From Candidatus Moraniibacteriota bacterium (lineage in GTDB: Bacteria > Patescibacteriota > Minisyncoccia > Moranbacterales > GWC2-37-73), in the NCBI GenBank assembly GCA_003507445.1, contig DNVR01000019.1:76395-140394 (forward strand): a stretch of 64,000 nucleotides of DNA. Direction: 5' to 3'. Below the pieces are notes generated by a model. That model did no database searches and was not told where the DNA came from. It saw nothing but the letters and a program-made list of their open reading frames with translations. The stretch's first letter is position 1. Every line of letters begins with the position of its first letter. Both the position numbers and the translations under genes were made by a program. This document shows, piece after piece, positions 1 through 8,170 of this stretch.

Positions 1-179
1 AACGCAGACTTCGCATTGGATATTCCAGAGCAGCTCGACTCATTGATATTTTAGAGGAACGTGGTATTGTCGGCGAAGCAGATGGTGCAAAGCCCAGAGA
101 AATACTTGTCGCTGCTGGTCAGCCAGAATATGAAGACGCAATGACGGATCAAGTAGTAAGAGATAAATGGCAAATGTAG
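1..179 (+). CDS. ftsK: DNA translocase FtsK, C-terminal gamma domain (partial, 5' end outside window)
   Basis: Frame from base 3 reads [36 protein letters not shown], the FtsK gamma signature; TAG at 177-179. Confidence 0.93.
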   Translation, partial: RRLRIGYSRAARLIDILEERGIVGEADGAKPREILVAAGQPEYEDAMTDQVVRDKWQM

Positions 180-192
180 CACGCAAAGCGTG

Positions 193-316
193 AAAGTTAA
201 AAGTCTAAGGTCTAAGTACTGAATCAAATCTAAAGTTTAAAATATAAAGTTGGCGGATACTTTTTACTTTGTAATTTAGAATTGAATTAGTCTTTAAAAT
301 TTAGTCTTTAGAATTT
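193..316. repeat. Degenerate ~7-bp periodic array with inverted second arm
   Basis: aagtctaaggtctaag..aatcaaatctaaagtttaaa, then ..tttagaattgaattagtctttaaaatttagtctttagaattt; same architecture as 5148-5258. Confidence 0.6.
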
Positions 317-324
317 CAGAAAGT

Positions 325-1329
325 ATGGTTCGATTTACTACCAAAAAAATAGATTCTTTGACGCTTGGTGAGCGAATGAAGAAGCTTAGGGATGAGCGCA
401 GATTGAGCTTAAGCGAAATATCCAAAAGCACCAAGATCCAAACGAAATATTTGGAATATCTTGAAGATGGTGTGTATATGAAACTTCCTGCTGATGTGTA
501 TGTCAAAGGTTTCCTCAGAAGCTATGCTATTTTTATGGGTCTTAATGAATTGGCGTTGATTAAGCAATTTGAAAGAGAAAAAGGAATTCATAAAAACATT
601 AAAAAAGTTGTTGAAAATGACGGGACATCACTACCTTTGGGTTTTTCAAGTCTTGTGATCACACCAAAAATGATAATTGTCAGTGCGATTTTGCTAGTTG
701 TTGTTTCAAGTTTTATTTATCTGTATATGGAGGTAAATAATTTTGTTTCAAAGCCGCGTCTGAATGTCATTAAGCCCGCTGATGGCTCCACAGTAATTGG
801 AAGTTCAACACATGTGACAGGTGTGGCTGAAAAGGGAGCTTTGATTTTTATCAATGAACAACCTGTCTTGGTTAATGAAAAAGGAGAATTTAGCGAGGAC
901 GTGGGCTTGAAACCAGGTTTAAATGTGATCAATGTTAAGGCTAGGAGCAAATTTAACAAAGAAGATGTTAAATCTGTTTCAGTAAATGCTGATTTCCAAA
1001 GTGTCGTTAATGAACAAGTAAATTCTGAAGATGTGAATCAAGTTGATCAAGCAGCACCTATTAATCCAATTGCATTGGAAATATATGTAAGTCCAAATCC
1101 AACTTGGATGTCAATTGAGGCTGATGGTAATTTGGTTTATAGTGGGGTTTTGCTTCCAGAGTCGGTGCAAACTTTCAACGCTAATGAAAAAATCAGTGTA
1201 ACCTCTGGAAAAGGCAATGAGACTTTTGTAAAAATAAATGGAAAAGACCTTGGAATATTGAGCAGTGATAATGGTGTCGTCAGAGACATTGTGTATGATG
1301 CAAATGGAAAAATTGAGGATAAAAAATAA
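325..1329 (+). CDS. RodZ-like protein (N-terminal HTH, TM helix, Ig-like domain, DUF4115-like C-terminus)
   Basis: [34 protein letters not shown] and [15 protein letters not shown] motifs; TM segment; lies between ftsK and recA. Confidence 0.8.
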   Translation: MVRFTTKKIDSLTLGERMKKLRDERRLSLSEISKSTKIQTKYLEYLEDGVYMKLPADVYVKGFLRSYAIFMGLNELALIKQFEREKGIHKNIKKVVENDGTSLPLGFSSLVITPKMIIVSAILLVVVSSFIYLYMEVNNFVSKPRLNVIKPADGSTVIGSSTHVTGVAEKGALIFINEQPVLVNEKGEFSEDVGLKPGLNVINVKARSKFNKEDVKSVSVNADFQSVVNEQVNSEDVNQVDQAAPINPIALEIYVSPNPTWMSIEADGNLVYSGVLLPESVQTFNANEKISVTSGKGNETFVKINGKDLGILSSDNGVVRDIVYDANGKIEDKK

Positions 1330-1336
1330 AATTAAA

Positions 1337-1415
1337 TAACAAACAACTTACAACTTACAACTCGCAACTCACAACTCATCGTTTGTTATTAGTTGATTGT
1401 TGTCAGTTGTTAGTT
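1337..1415. repeat. Heptamer array (CAACTTA-like) with inverted arm
   Basis: caacttacaacttacaactcgcaactcacaact ... agttgattgttgtcagttgttagtt. Confidence 0.8.
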
Positions 1416-1424
1416 AAAAATTAT

Positions 1425-2468
1425 ATGGCGTACGCTGCAAAAGAAAAAAAACCAGCCAAGGAGGCGGTTGAAGAAATAAAAAATGCAGGAAAAAAAGAGA
1501 TTGATAAATTGGTGGATGATATGCAGGAAAAGTTTGGAGAGGGGATGCTGATGAAATTGGGAGATGTGAAAAGGGTTGATATCGAAGCTATTCCTACAGG
1601 TTCAATATCTCTGGATATTGCAACTGGAATTGGTGGAATGCCACGAGGAAGAATTGTGGAAATCTATGGGCCAGAATCTTCCGGAAAAACCACTCTGACA
1701 TTGCACGTTGTGGCTAATGCTCAAAAACAAGGTGGAACAGCTGCTTTTGTGGATGCGGAACACGCTCTTGATCCAGAATATGCCAAGAAGATTGGAGTGG
1801 ATATTAAGAACTTGTTGGTTTCGCAGCCAGACAATGGAGAACAAGCCTTAGACATAGTTGAATCTTTGGTGCGCTCAGGCGTGGTGGATGTTGTGGTTGT
1901 TGATTCAGTGGCTGCACTTGTACCAAAAGCTGAAATTGAAGGAGAGATGGGCGACCAGCACGTGGGAAGACAAGCACGTTTGATGTCTCAAGCTCTTAGA
2001 AAATTGACTGCAATTATTGCACGCTCAAACACAACCGTAATCTTCATCAATCAGATTCGTATGAAAATTGGTGTGATGTTTGGCAACCCAGAAACAACAA
2101 CTGGTGGACAAGCACTTAAATTTTATTCTTCAGTGCGCGTGGAAGTTCGTCGTGCTGCTCAGATTAAAAAAGGCGAGGACGTTGTTGGAAATCGCGTGAA
2201 GGTTAAAATTGTAAAAAATAAAGTTGCTCCACCATTCAAGACTGCAGAATTTGATATTATGTATAACGAAGGAATTTCAATGGCGGGAGATTTGCTTGAT
2301 GCTGGTGTGAAATTTGAGGTAGTTAAAAAATCTGGCAACTCACTTTCTTATGGCGACATTAAGCTTGGCGCAGGTCGCGAAAGTGCCAAGGCATTCTTGC
2401 GAGAAGACAAAAAGACTGCTGACAAAATCTTCAAGGAAATCGCTGAGAAAGCTAAAATAGCTGCTTAG
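1425..2468 (+). CDS. recA: Recombinase RecA
   Basis: GPESSGKTT Walker [23 protein letters not shown]; start moved to ATG 1425 because the upstream ORF extension is repeat DNA. Confidence 0.99.
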   Translation: MAYAAKEKKPAKEAVEEIKNAGKKEIDKLVDDMQEKFGEGMLMKLGDVKRVDIEAIPTGSISLDIATGIGGMPRGRIVEIYGPESSGKTTLTLHVVANAQKQGGTAAFVDAEHALDPEYAKKIGVDIKNLLVSQPDNGEQALDIVESLVRSGVVDVVVVDSVAALVPKAEIEGEMGDQHVGRQARLMSQALRKLTAIIARSNTTVIFINQIRMKIGVMFGNPETTTGGQALKFYSSVRVEVRRAAQIKKGEDVVGNRVKVKIVKNKVAPPFKTAEFDIMYNEGISMAGDLLDAGVKFEVVKKSGNSLSYGDIKLGAGRESAKAFLREDKKTADKIFKEIAEKAKIAA

Positions 2469-2529
2469 GCTTTAGCTTGGGGAATCCCGTTTTCCCTAAA
2501 AAGTTAATGCCTGAGAAGCTGCTTGCTTG

Positions 2530-2558
2530 TTGACAAAAGTCCATTTTGGGTGTATAAT
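2530..2558 (+). promoter_or_regulatory. Sigma70-type promoter
   Basis: TTGACA (2530-2535), 17 bp spacer, TATAAT (2553-2558). Confidence 0.8.
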
Positions 2559-2645
2559 GGACATATAAGGATAAAAAACGGGTGTCAAAGCCCGTTTTTT
2601 CTTTAATTTAATTAAATTTTGCTCGGGGGAGCAACAAAAACAAAA

Positions 2646-2786
2646 ATGGAAAAAACCCACAAATGCGTACATTGCGCAAAAAGACACAAAGAAGAGTCGC
2701 AAAATGAGGAATTTAACTTCGCAGTGCTAATCGCACTAGTTCCACTTATGGTCTTTACCCTATTTGGACAAATCGGACTTATCTAA
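2646..2786 (+). CDS. 46-aa small membrane protein with CxxC motif
   Basis: MEKTHKCVHCAKRHKEESQNEEFNFAVLIALVPLMVFTLFGQIGLI*; consensus promoter upstream and terminator downstream; below the ORF-track cut-off. Confidence 0.7.
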   Translation: MEKTHKCVHCAKRHKEESQNEEFNFAVLIALVPLMVFTLFGQIGLI

Positions 2787-2809
2787 AAATTGAATAAAAA
2801 TATATATAA

Positions 2810-2835
2810 AAAACCATCCTCTCGGATGGTTTTTT
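2810..2835 (+). terminator. Intrinsic terminator
   Basis: aaaaaccatcc-tctc-ggatggttttt followed by T-run. Confidence 0.75.
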
Positions 2836-2841
2836 ATTTTT

Positions 2842-2963
2842 TGTCATTCCTGCGGAGGCAGGAATCCAGGATCTTGCAAATCGATAGTAATAATAAAAAT
2901 AAAAGTTATTATTTTGCGAATCGTGTGCTAAATCCTGGATTCCGGACTAAATCCGGAATGACA
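2842..2963. mobile_element. TGTCAT..ATGACA palindromic element (RPE/REPIN-like)
   Basis: tgtcattcctgcggaggcaggaatccagga ... tcctggattccggactaaatccggaatgaca; terminal hairpins in inverted orientation. Confidence 0.8.
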
Positions 2964-2971
2964 CGGTGTGT

Positions 2972-3529
2972 TTAGGCTCTGGAAACATAGGCTCCTTTTT
3001 CTGTATTGACGATGATTTTGTCTCCTTCGTTAACGAAAAGGGGAGTTGTAACTTTGAGTCCTGTTTCGAGGGTTACAACTTTGTCTCCGCCTGAAGATGT
3101 GTCGCCCTTGGTTCCGGGTGGAGCTTCAGTGACAACGAGAGTAACCTTAATTGGTAGTTCGATGTTCACTGGAATTTCATTGAAGTTAAGCACGCTTACC
3201 TCAGTTCCTTCAAGCAAATATAAATATGCATCGCCAATAACATCTTTGGCCAACGAAAATTGGTCATAGGTATTCATATCCATAAAAACATAGCCATCTT
3301 GCTCAGCGTAAAGATATTGAGCTTTGGATTTTGACATATCAGCTTCGTCAGCTTTGTCTGATCCATTGAAGGTTTTTTCAAGCACGCTTCCATTAAGAAG
3401 GTTTTTCAACTTTGTTCGAAGCACTGCTCCTGCGCGTCCCGTCTTGGAATGCTCGGCAGACAGTACAACATATGGAGAACCTTCCCAGAGAATATTTTTT
3501 CCTGCTTTGATATCACTTATTCCTAACAT
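2972..3529 (-). CDS. efp: Elongation factor P
   Basis: MLGISDIKAGKNIL..HSKTGRAGA..PLFVNEGDKIIVNT; 185 aa from ATG 3529. Confidence 0.97.
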   Translation of the reverse strand: MLGISDIKAGKNILWEGSPYVVLSAEHSKTGRAGAVLRTKLKNLLNGSVLEKTFNGSDKADEADMSKSKAQYLYAEQDGYVFMDMNTYDQFSLAKDVIGDAYLYLLEGTEVSVLNFNEIPVNIELPIKVTLVVTEAPPGTKGDTSSGGDKVVTLETGLKVTTPLFVNEGDKIIVNTEKGAYVSRA

Positions 3530-3533
3530 GGAT

Positions 3534-3618
3534 TCATGTAGCATGTAGCATGTAACATGTAGCATGCAAAAACTGCATTGCATTTTTGTTATATGTTATA
3601 TGTTTTATGTTATATGAT
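3534..3618. repeat. Heptamer array (CATGTAG) with inverted arm (TGTTATA)
   Basis: catgtagcatgtagcatgtaacatgtagcatg ... tgttatatgttatatgttttatgttatatg. Confidence 0.85.
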
Positions 3619-3622
3619 TTGT

Positions 3623-3829
3623 TTATTTTACTACGAAAGGTGCTAATGCCATCACGCGAGCGCGCTTAATTGCTTGAGCAAGTGTTCGCTGATGTTTTGT
3701 GCAAATCCCGTGTCTTTTTGGTGGGTAAATTTTTCCTTGTGAGTTCATAAATCTGCGAATTAGATAAGCATCTTTGTAGTCGATCTTATCCATTTTTTCA
3801 TCGCAGAAATAACATTGTTTTCTTTCCAT
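3623..3829 (-). CDS. rpsR: 30S ribosomal protein S18 (zinc-binding CxxC type)
   Basis: MERKQCYFC..IDYKD..AIKRARVMALAPF. Confidence 0.97.
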   Translation of the reverse strand: MERKQCYFCDEKMDKIDYKDAYLIRRFMNSQGKIYPPKRHGICTKHQRTLAQAIKRARVMALAPFVVK

Positions 3830-3836
3830 ATTGGGA

Positions 3837-3951
3837 ACACGAATATTCACAGATAATAAACTAATTTTCACGAATAACAAATTTTAATTTTAAAAATTCG
3901 TGTTGATTAGTGATTAGTGTGAATTCGTTTTAAATTAGTGCAAATTAGTTG
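3837..3951. repeat. CACGAAT/ATTCGTG inverted array
   Basis: acacgaatattcacagat..cacgaat ... attcgtgttgattagtgattagtgtgaattcgt. Confidence 0.7.
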
Positions 3952-3956
3952 ATTTA

Positions 3957-4445
3957 TTAAAATGGCACGTCTTCAAGTCTTACTTCGTCCTGTTCTTCAT
4001 CAAGGTTGATGGTTGGAATTTCTTCAGCCATAGGTGTTTGTTGTTGAGCGGTTGGACGAGGTGTTGCAGCTGCTGCTCCCATTGCCATTGGCGCTGGTCT
4101 TGGTCCTGATGAACCTTGTGCGCGTTGTCCCATTTGCATATTTTCAGCCACGATGTCAGTTGTTTTTCTTTCAACTCCGTCTTTGCCAGTGTAAGAACGT
4201 GTTTCTAATCTTCCCTCAAAATATACTTCTTGCCCTTTGGTTAGATATTGTCCAGCGATTTCAGCTAGACGCCCCCAAATTACAATGTTGTGAAATTCTG
4301 ATTTCTCTTGTTTTTGTCCAGCTTTGTCATTCCAAGTTCGGTTGGTAGCGATACCAACTGTGGTCACGGTTTGACCAGAAGGAGTGGTGCGCAATTCTGG
4401 GTCTCTAGTTAAGCGTCCGATGAGTTGAACTTTGTTAAGATTCAT
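3957..4445 (-). CDS. ssb: Single-stranded DNA-binding protein
   Basis: MNLNKVQLIGRLTRDPELRTTPSG; acidic C-terminus LEDVPF. Confidence 0.98.
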   Translation of the reverse strand: MNLNKVQLIGRLTRDPELRTTPSGQTVTTVGIATNRTWNDKAGQKQEKSEFHNIVIWGRLAEIAGQYLTKGQEVYFEGRLETRSYTGKDGVERKTTDIVAENMQMGQRAQGSSGPRPAPMAMGAAAATPRPTAQQQTPMAEEIPTINLDEEQDEVRLEDVPF

Positions 4446-4448
4446 GTT

Positions 4449-4539
4449 CATGTAGCATGTAGCATGTATCATGTAGCATCAGAAGAAAAAATCTATCTTT
4501 TGCATTTTTGTTACACGTTATATGTTTTATGTTATATGA
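4449..4539. repeat. Heptamer array (CATGTAG) with inverted arm
   Basis: Near copy of 3534-3618, including the tgcatttttgtta spacer. Confidence 0.85.
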
Positions 4540-4542
4540 TTT

Positions 4543-5103
4543 TTAAATGTTTAGCAGTTCATCAAGTTGCTTGTCGATATTTTTTGATTCTTCTTTGGCA
4601 GTTTCAACTTTTTTAACAGGAGCTGCTGGAGCTGGTGTTGTTGGTCGTTGAGTTGGTCGCTGCATTGTTGGACGTTGATTGTTGCCAGGTCTTTCAGTTC
4701 GTTGTTGTGGTCGTTGCGCAGGGCGTCCAGCATTGTTTGCAGCTTCTTTTGCTTTTCTTCGGTCTTTTGCTCCAAGTTCTGGAAGATCCTCGGTTTTTAC
4801 AATCAAGAAACGAAGAACATCATTGTTCAAATTCAATTTGTTAGTGATGGCTTGGATTCCAAATTCTTTTTCTGCGTTTGCTTCATCTGCCCAAAAATCA
4901 ATCTCGGGAAGTTCGAAGCGGCGAGTGATGTAGGTTCCTTTGTTCTGGTGTTTGATTTCATAAGCGAGTTTTCTTTTTTCGCTTAATTCTTCTCCAACCA
5001 TTGTTGCTTGCTCAAGAGCTAGAATTGCATTAACTCCTTCTTTGATCGCAGGCAGGTTTGCTTCTTGTCGTTCACCAACAAGGTAAAACAGTTCGTATTG
5101 CAT
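4543..5103 (-). CDS. rpsF: 30S ribosomal protein S6 with long low-complexity C-terminal tail
   Basis: MQYELFYLV..KRKLAYEIK..VLRFLIVK; rpsF-ssb-rpsR order. Confidence 0.93.
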   Translation of the reverse strand: MQYELFYLVGERQEANLPAIKEGVNAILALEQATMVGEELSEKRKLAYEIKHQNKGTYITRRFELPEIDFWADEANAEKEFGIQAITNKLNLNNDVLRFLIVKTEDLPELGAKDRRKAKEAANNAGRPAQRPQQRTERPGNNQRPTMQRPTQRPTTPAPAAPVKKVETAKEESKNIDKQLDELLNI

Positions 5104-5147
5104 ACGCGTTTTTTAAATTAGTTATTAAATGTTAATTAGCTTAATAA

Positions 5148-5258
5148 TTCTAAAAGGCTAAGTATTAAAGTTTAAATCAAATCTAAATTTTAAAGTATAA
5201 ACTTTGTACTTTTTTACTTTAGAATTGTTTTAGTATTTAGACCTTAGATTTTAACCTT
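5148..5258. repeat. Degenerate ~7-bp periodic inverted array
   Basis: ctaagtattaaagtttaaatcaaatctaaattttaaag ... tttagaattgttttagtatttagaccttagattttaacc. Confidence 0.6.
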
Positions 5259-5367
5259 ATAAAAAAAGCCACCAAACAAGAAAATCCTTGCTTTTAGTGG
5301 AGCATTCCAGCCTATCCACTTTTGGCTTAGTGGCGGGCTAGATTCGGACTTTCTTAGTTGTAGATTG

Positions 5368-5396
5368 ATTATAGCAAGGTTTTTGGAATTGGTCAA
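5368..5396 (-). promoter_or_regulatory. Promoter of the rpsF operon
   Basis: Minus strand TTGACC, 17 bp spacer, TATAAT. Confidence 0.7.
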
Positions 5397-5412
5397 TGGC
5401 AGTGCAAGAACC

Positions 5413-5443
5413 TGTAGAGATGAGGCATTGCCTCGTCTCTACA
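5413..5443. repeat. GTAG-type REP-like palindrome
   Basis: tgtagagatgaggca-t-tgcctcgtctctaca. Confidence 0.75.
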
Positions 5444-5628
5444 AATTTAAATATATAAAAACAAAATATTATCATCCTCATTGACATATGTCACCGCTTC
5501 CGCCATAATAAAATCCAGGTCTTTGACAAATTGAAAATGAAAGCGAGGTGAAAAAGGGAAATTGTTTTGGCAAGTGGGGAGATGTTTTCTGTTATTTTTG
5601 AAATCCAACAAGGAAAAAGGAACTAGGA

Positions 5629-6834
5629 ATGAGAAAGCTTATTCTGACAATCATGTTTTTGAATTTGTTCAGTTTTGTTTCAAATGTCTTTGCAGATGAA
5701 GATACTATTCCGCCATTTTCGGAAATTAATTGTTCAATTGGCGCATCAATGGTGCAACCGCCAGCAACACACACAGACAACGATACGCAACGGACCTTTA
5801 ATGATCTTGTTGTATGGATTAACACATACAACAATCAAAATGTTCTGAATTTTGCCTATTTCAATGATTCATATTTAACTGACTGGGTCTGTTCTGGTGA
5901 CTGCACCGGAACAGATGAGTATGCAATTATTTACACCAACTCCTGGGCTTTTGCTTATTGTGATACTGAAGGACAAAATTGTTATGGTGGGTACATGGAT
6001 CCATATATACGTGGTTTAATGGTTCGTGAAATTTTGTACTCAACTGCTCCTATACGGACTTTAAGCGGTGCAATTTATCGTCCTTCAGATTTACCTCAAC
6101 TCACTGTTGCACTAAACCCTCAAGCAGGCGGGACGGTAGCGAGTTCGCCGACATCTAACTTCTCTTGTGCAGACGGAACGTGCACGGGAAATTTCTCGGG
6201 GAATGTAACGTTGACTGCGAGTGTAAACAGTGGATATCAGCTCATTAATTGGTATGAAAATGGTACGATTATCACTAACAATTGCCCCACGACCATTTTA
6301 GACTTGACTGTGAATTGCACAAGATCAATATCGGCAGAATTCATACCAGTACTTAAATGGCCATTAACTGGAACAAAAAGTAGTAGGAGTGAGTCTTGGA
6401 ATTTTGGAAGCACATGGACTTATGGCGAATGCCCTACTGGTACATACAAAAAACATTCGGGAATCGATGTGAACGCAACCGCTGAAGAAGCTGTTTATGC
6501 AGCACATGATGGTGTGGTCAAAAAGATATTTACTGGTCAGCATTCCCAATGGGCTGACGCAATTGTTATCGAAAGCACGGATGGTCGATTTACAACAGTA
6601 TATTGGCACGTTATAAAATACGGGAGTCTATCGGAAAATGACACTGTAACAAAAGGTCAGCAGATAGCCACTATTGCAAACTTGGAAAGCAATACGCATT
6701 TTCATTTTGGTGTTCGCTTTTCATTATATAGCGATCCGGAATCATATGCTGGTGCATTGCCAGTCGCTGGTTGTGGTGGATACCTAGCGTACCCAGAAAA
6801 ATTCATTGATCCTGACGTGTTAACATACGAATAA
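5629..6834 (+). CDS. Secreted protein with Cys-rich/InlB B-repeat-like region and C-terminal M23 peptidase domain
   Basis: Signal peptide; VTLTA..GYQLINW; HSGIDV, VYAAHDGVV, TVYWH and THFHFGV motifs of M23/LytM. Confidence 0.8.
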   Translation: MRKLILTIMFLNLFSFVSNVFADEDTIPPFSEINCSIGASMVQPPATHTDNDTQRTFNDLVVWINTYNNQNVLNFAYFNDSYLTDWVCSGDCTGTDEYAIIYTNSWAFAYCDTEGQNCYGGYMDPYIRGLMVREILYSTAPIRTLSGAIYRPSDLPQLTVALNPQAGGTVASSPTSNFSCADGTCTGNFSGNVTLTASVNSGYQLINWYENGTIITNNCPTTILDLTVNCTRSISAEFIPVLKWPLTGTKSSRSESWNFGSTWTYGECPTGTYKKHSGIDVNATAEEAVYAAHDGVVKKIFTGQHSQWADAIVIESTDGRFTTVYWHVIKYGSLSENDTVTKGQQIATIANLESNTHFHFGVRFSLYSDPESYAGALPVAGCGGYLAYPEKFIDPDVLTYE

Positions 6835-6845
6835 TCAGGTGTATT

Positions 6846-6884
6846 AAAAAATGGGAGTTCCTCAAAAGAGGACTCCCATTTTTT
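6846..6884. terminator. Bidirectional terminator between convergent genes
   Basis: aaaaaatgggagttcctc-aaaa-gaggactcccatttttt. Confidence 0.8.
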
Positions 6885-6902
6885 TCTTACTCGGTAATAT
6901 AG

Positions 6903-7949
6903 CTATTTTAATTTTCCTACAAATGTTGGTTCACCATCAAATCCACCAAGAATAAAAATATTGTTTGTTTTTAGATCAATTTTAAATTGTAATAAAATAT
7001 TTAAAAAATAAACACTATCCTTATAATCTGCATCCGTTGGATTTTGTTTATAAAATTTTACAGGAAGATTTTCTCCTGTTGAATTGGTATTAGTAATTAT
7101 GTTTTCACAAATTCTAAACTTATTATTTTGCGATAAAGCTGCTATTTTTTTAATAACATCTACATCGCTTAAAATAATTCTTTCTGTTTTATAAGTCTTT
7201 CCGCAAAAATTAACATCCTCCATTTTATTCGTAAATTTAAATGATTCTCCAATTTTGTTTAATTGTTCCCTATATTTTAATTGAAATTCTGAACGTAGCT
7301 TTTTCTCAATGGCAGATTGCTGCCCTCCCAAAAGATTTGTTTCATTCGACAAAAATAAGCCATTATAAGAAAGCTTATAAATAAATTTATCTTTAATAAA
7401 AACAATAAGATAGTCCGTATAGGGCATATTATATACAACTATTTTTTTTGCCTCAACACCATCAATATTTGTTTTTTCTTTTGATAAAATGGTTGGGGTA
7501 TTTATTTCAACACCTTCATAGGAATTTATTTGCTTTAGTTTATTTTGATAATCATTAAGCCATTCATCCACATTTTTAAATTTCGATTTTTCAACATAAA
7601 CAGAAAAGAATTCTGTTCCATCTTGTTTCAGTCTAATTCTTATCAATGAATCTTCATCTTCTTTTGGTCCTGCTGTTTTAAAATCAAAATCTGCTGGTAT
7701 ATATATACTATATCCATAGCTGGTATTTTCATAAGAGCTAGAACTCTCGATTGTTTCTTCTGTTTTGTTCTCACCCTGTATCTGTTGCTCCTGACTTTTC
7801 TCAACCAGCTTCGGTTGAACTGCAACACTCTGCGGCCCTTCCGCCACCTCCCGATTTTTAATAACCATCCACGCAAACGCTCCAACTGTGATTGCAATAA
7901 TCACAAGTACGATTGTCCCCAAGCTCGTGCCAACTTTTTGATTTTTCAT
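6903..7949 (-). CDS. Membrane-anchored extracellular protein (PsbP-like motifs)
   Basis: N-terminal TM helix; YENTSYGYSIYIP and TNIDGVEAKK segments resembling PsbP-like folds. Confidence 0.65.
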   Translation of the reverse strand: MKNQKVGTSLGTIVLVIIAITVGAFAWMVIKNREVAEGPQSVAVQPKLVEKSQEQQIQGENKTEETIESSSSYENTSYGYSIYIPADFDFKTAGPKEDEDSLIRIRLKQDGTEFFSVYVEKSKFKNVDEWLNDYQNKLKQINSYEGVEINTPTILSKEKTNIDGVEAKKIVVYNMPYTDYLIVFIKDKFIYKLSYNGLFLSNETNLLGGQQSAIEKKLRSEFQLKYREQLNKIGESFKFTNKMEDVNFCGKTYKTERIILSDVDVIKKIAALSQNNKFRICENIITNTNSTGENLPVKFYKQNPTDADYKDSVYFLNILLQFKIDLKTNNIFILGGFDGEPTFVGKLK

Positions 7950-8058
7950 TATTTTTTTTATTCTAATTTTTAGATGTCTAAATTGTACCATAGGAATTGA
8001 TATTTGGGAAAATTTTTGCGGTGGACATTTTTAGTTTTCAGTTGTAGTATTAATTATT

Positions 8059-8153
8059 ATGAAATTTGAAATAAATTCAAAATGTAAACCAGCTGGTGAC
8101 CCCAGTAGCAGATCCGTCTGCTGACGGCTCGCTACGGGGCAAGCCAACCTCAA
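8059..8153 (+). pseudogene. Relic second copy of the uvrB 5' end, interrupted by a 44-bp hairpin element
   Basis: MKFEINSKCKPAGD-[insert 8101-8144]-QPQ versus the real UvrB start MKFVIDSKFKPSGDQPS; both begin attattATGAAATTTG. Confidence 0.7.
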
Positions 8154-8170
8154 TTTTATAAAATATTATT

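Noticed and set aside
2790-2975. 61-aa ORF
   Set aside because: It is translation through a terminator and a TGTCAT palindromic element
3530-3583. N-terminal extensions of efp (likewise recA, ssb, rpsR, elp3, GT4 and the HMA gene) in the ORF track
   Set aside because: The extensions are translated repeat DNA; homology begins at downstream ATGs
4543-4800. Repeat element in the rpsF tail
   Set aside because: The QRPT-type repeats are codon-phased low-complexity protein sequence, not a 7-bp array
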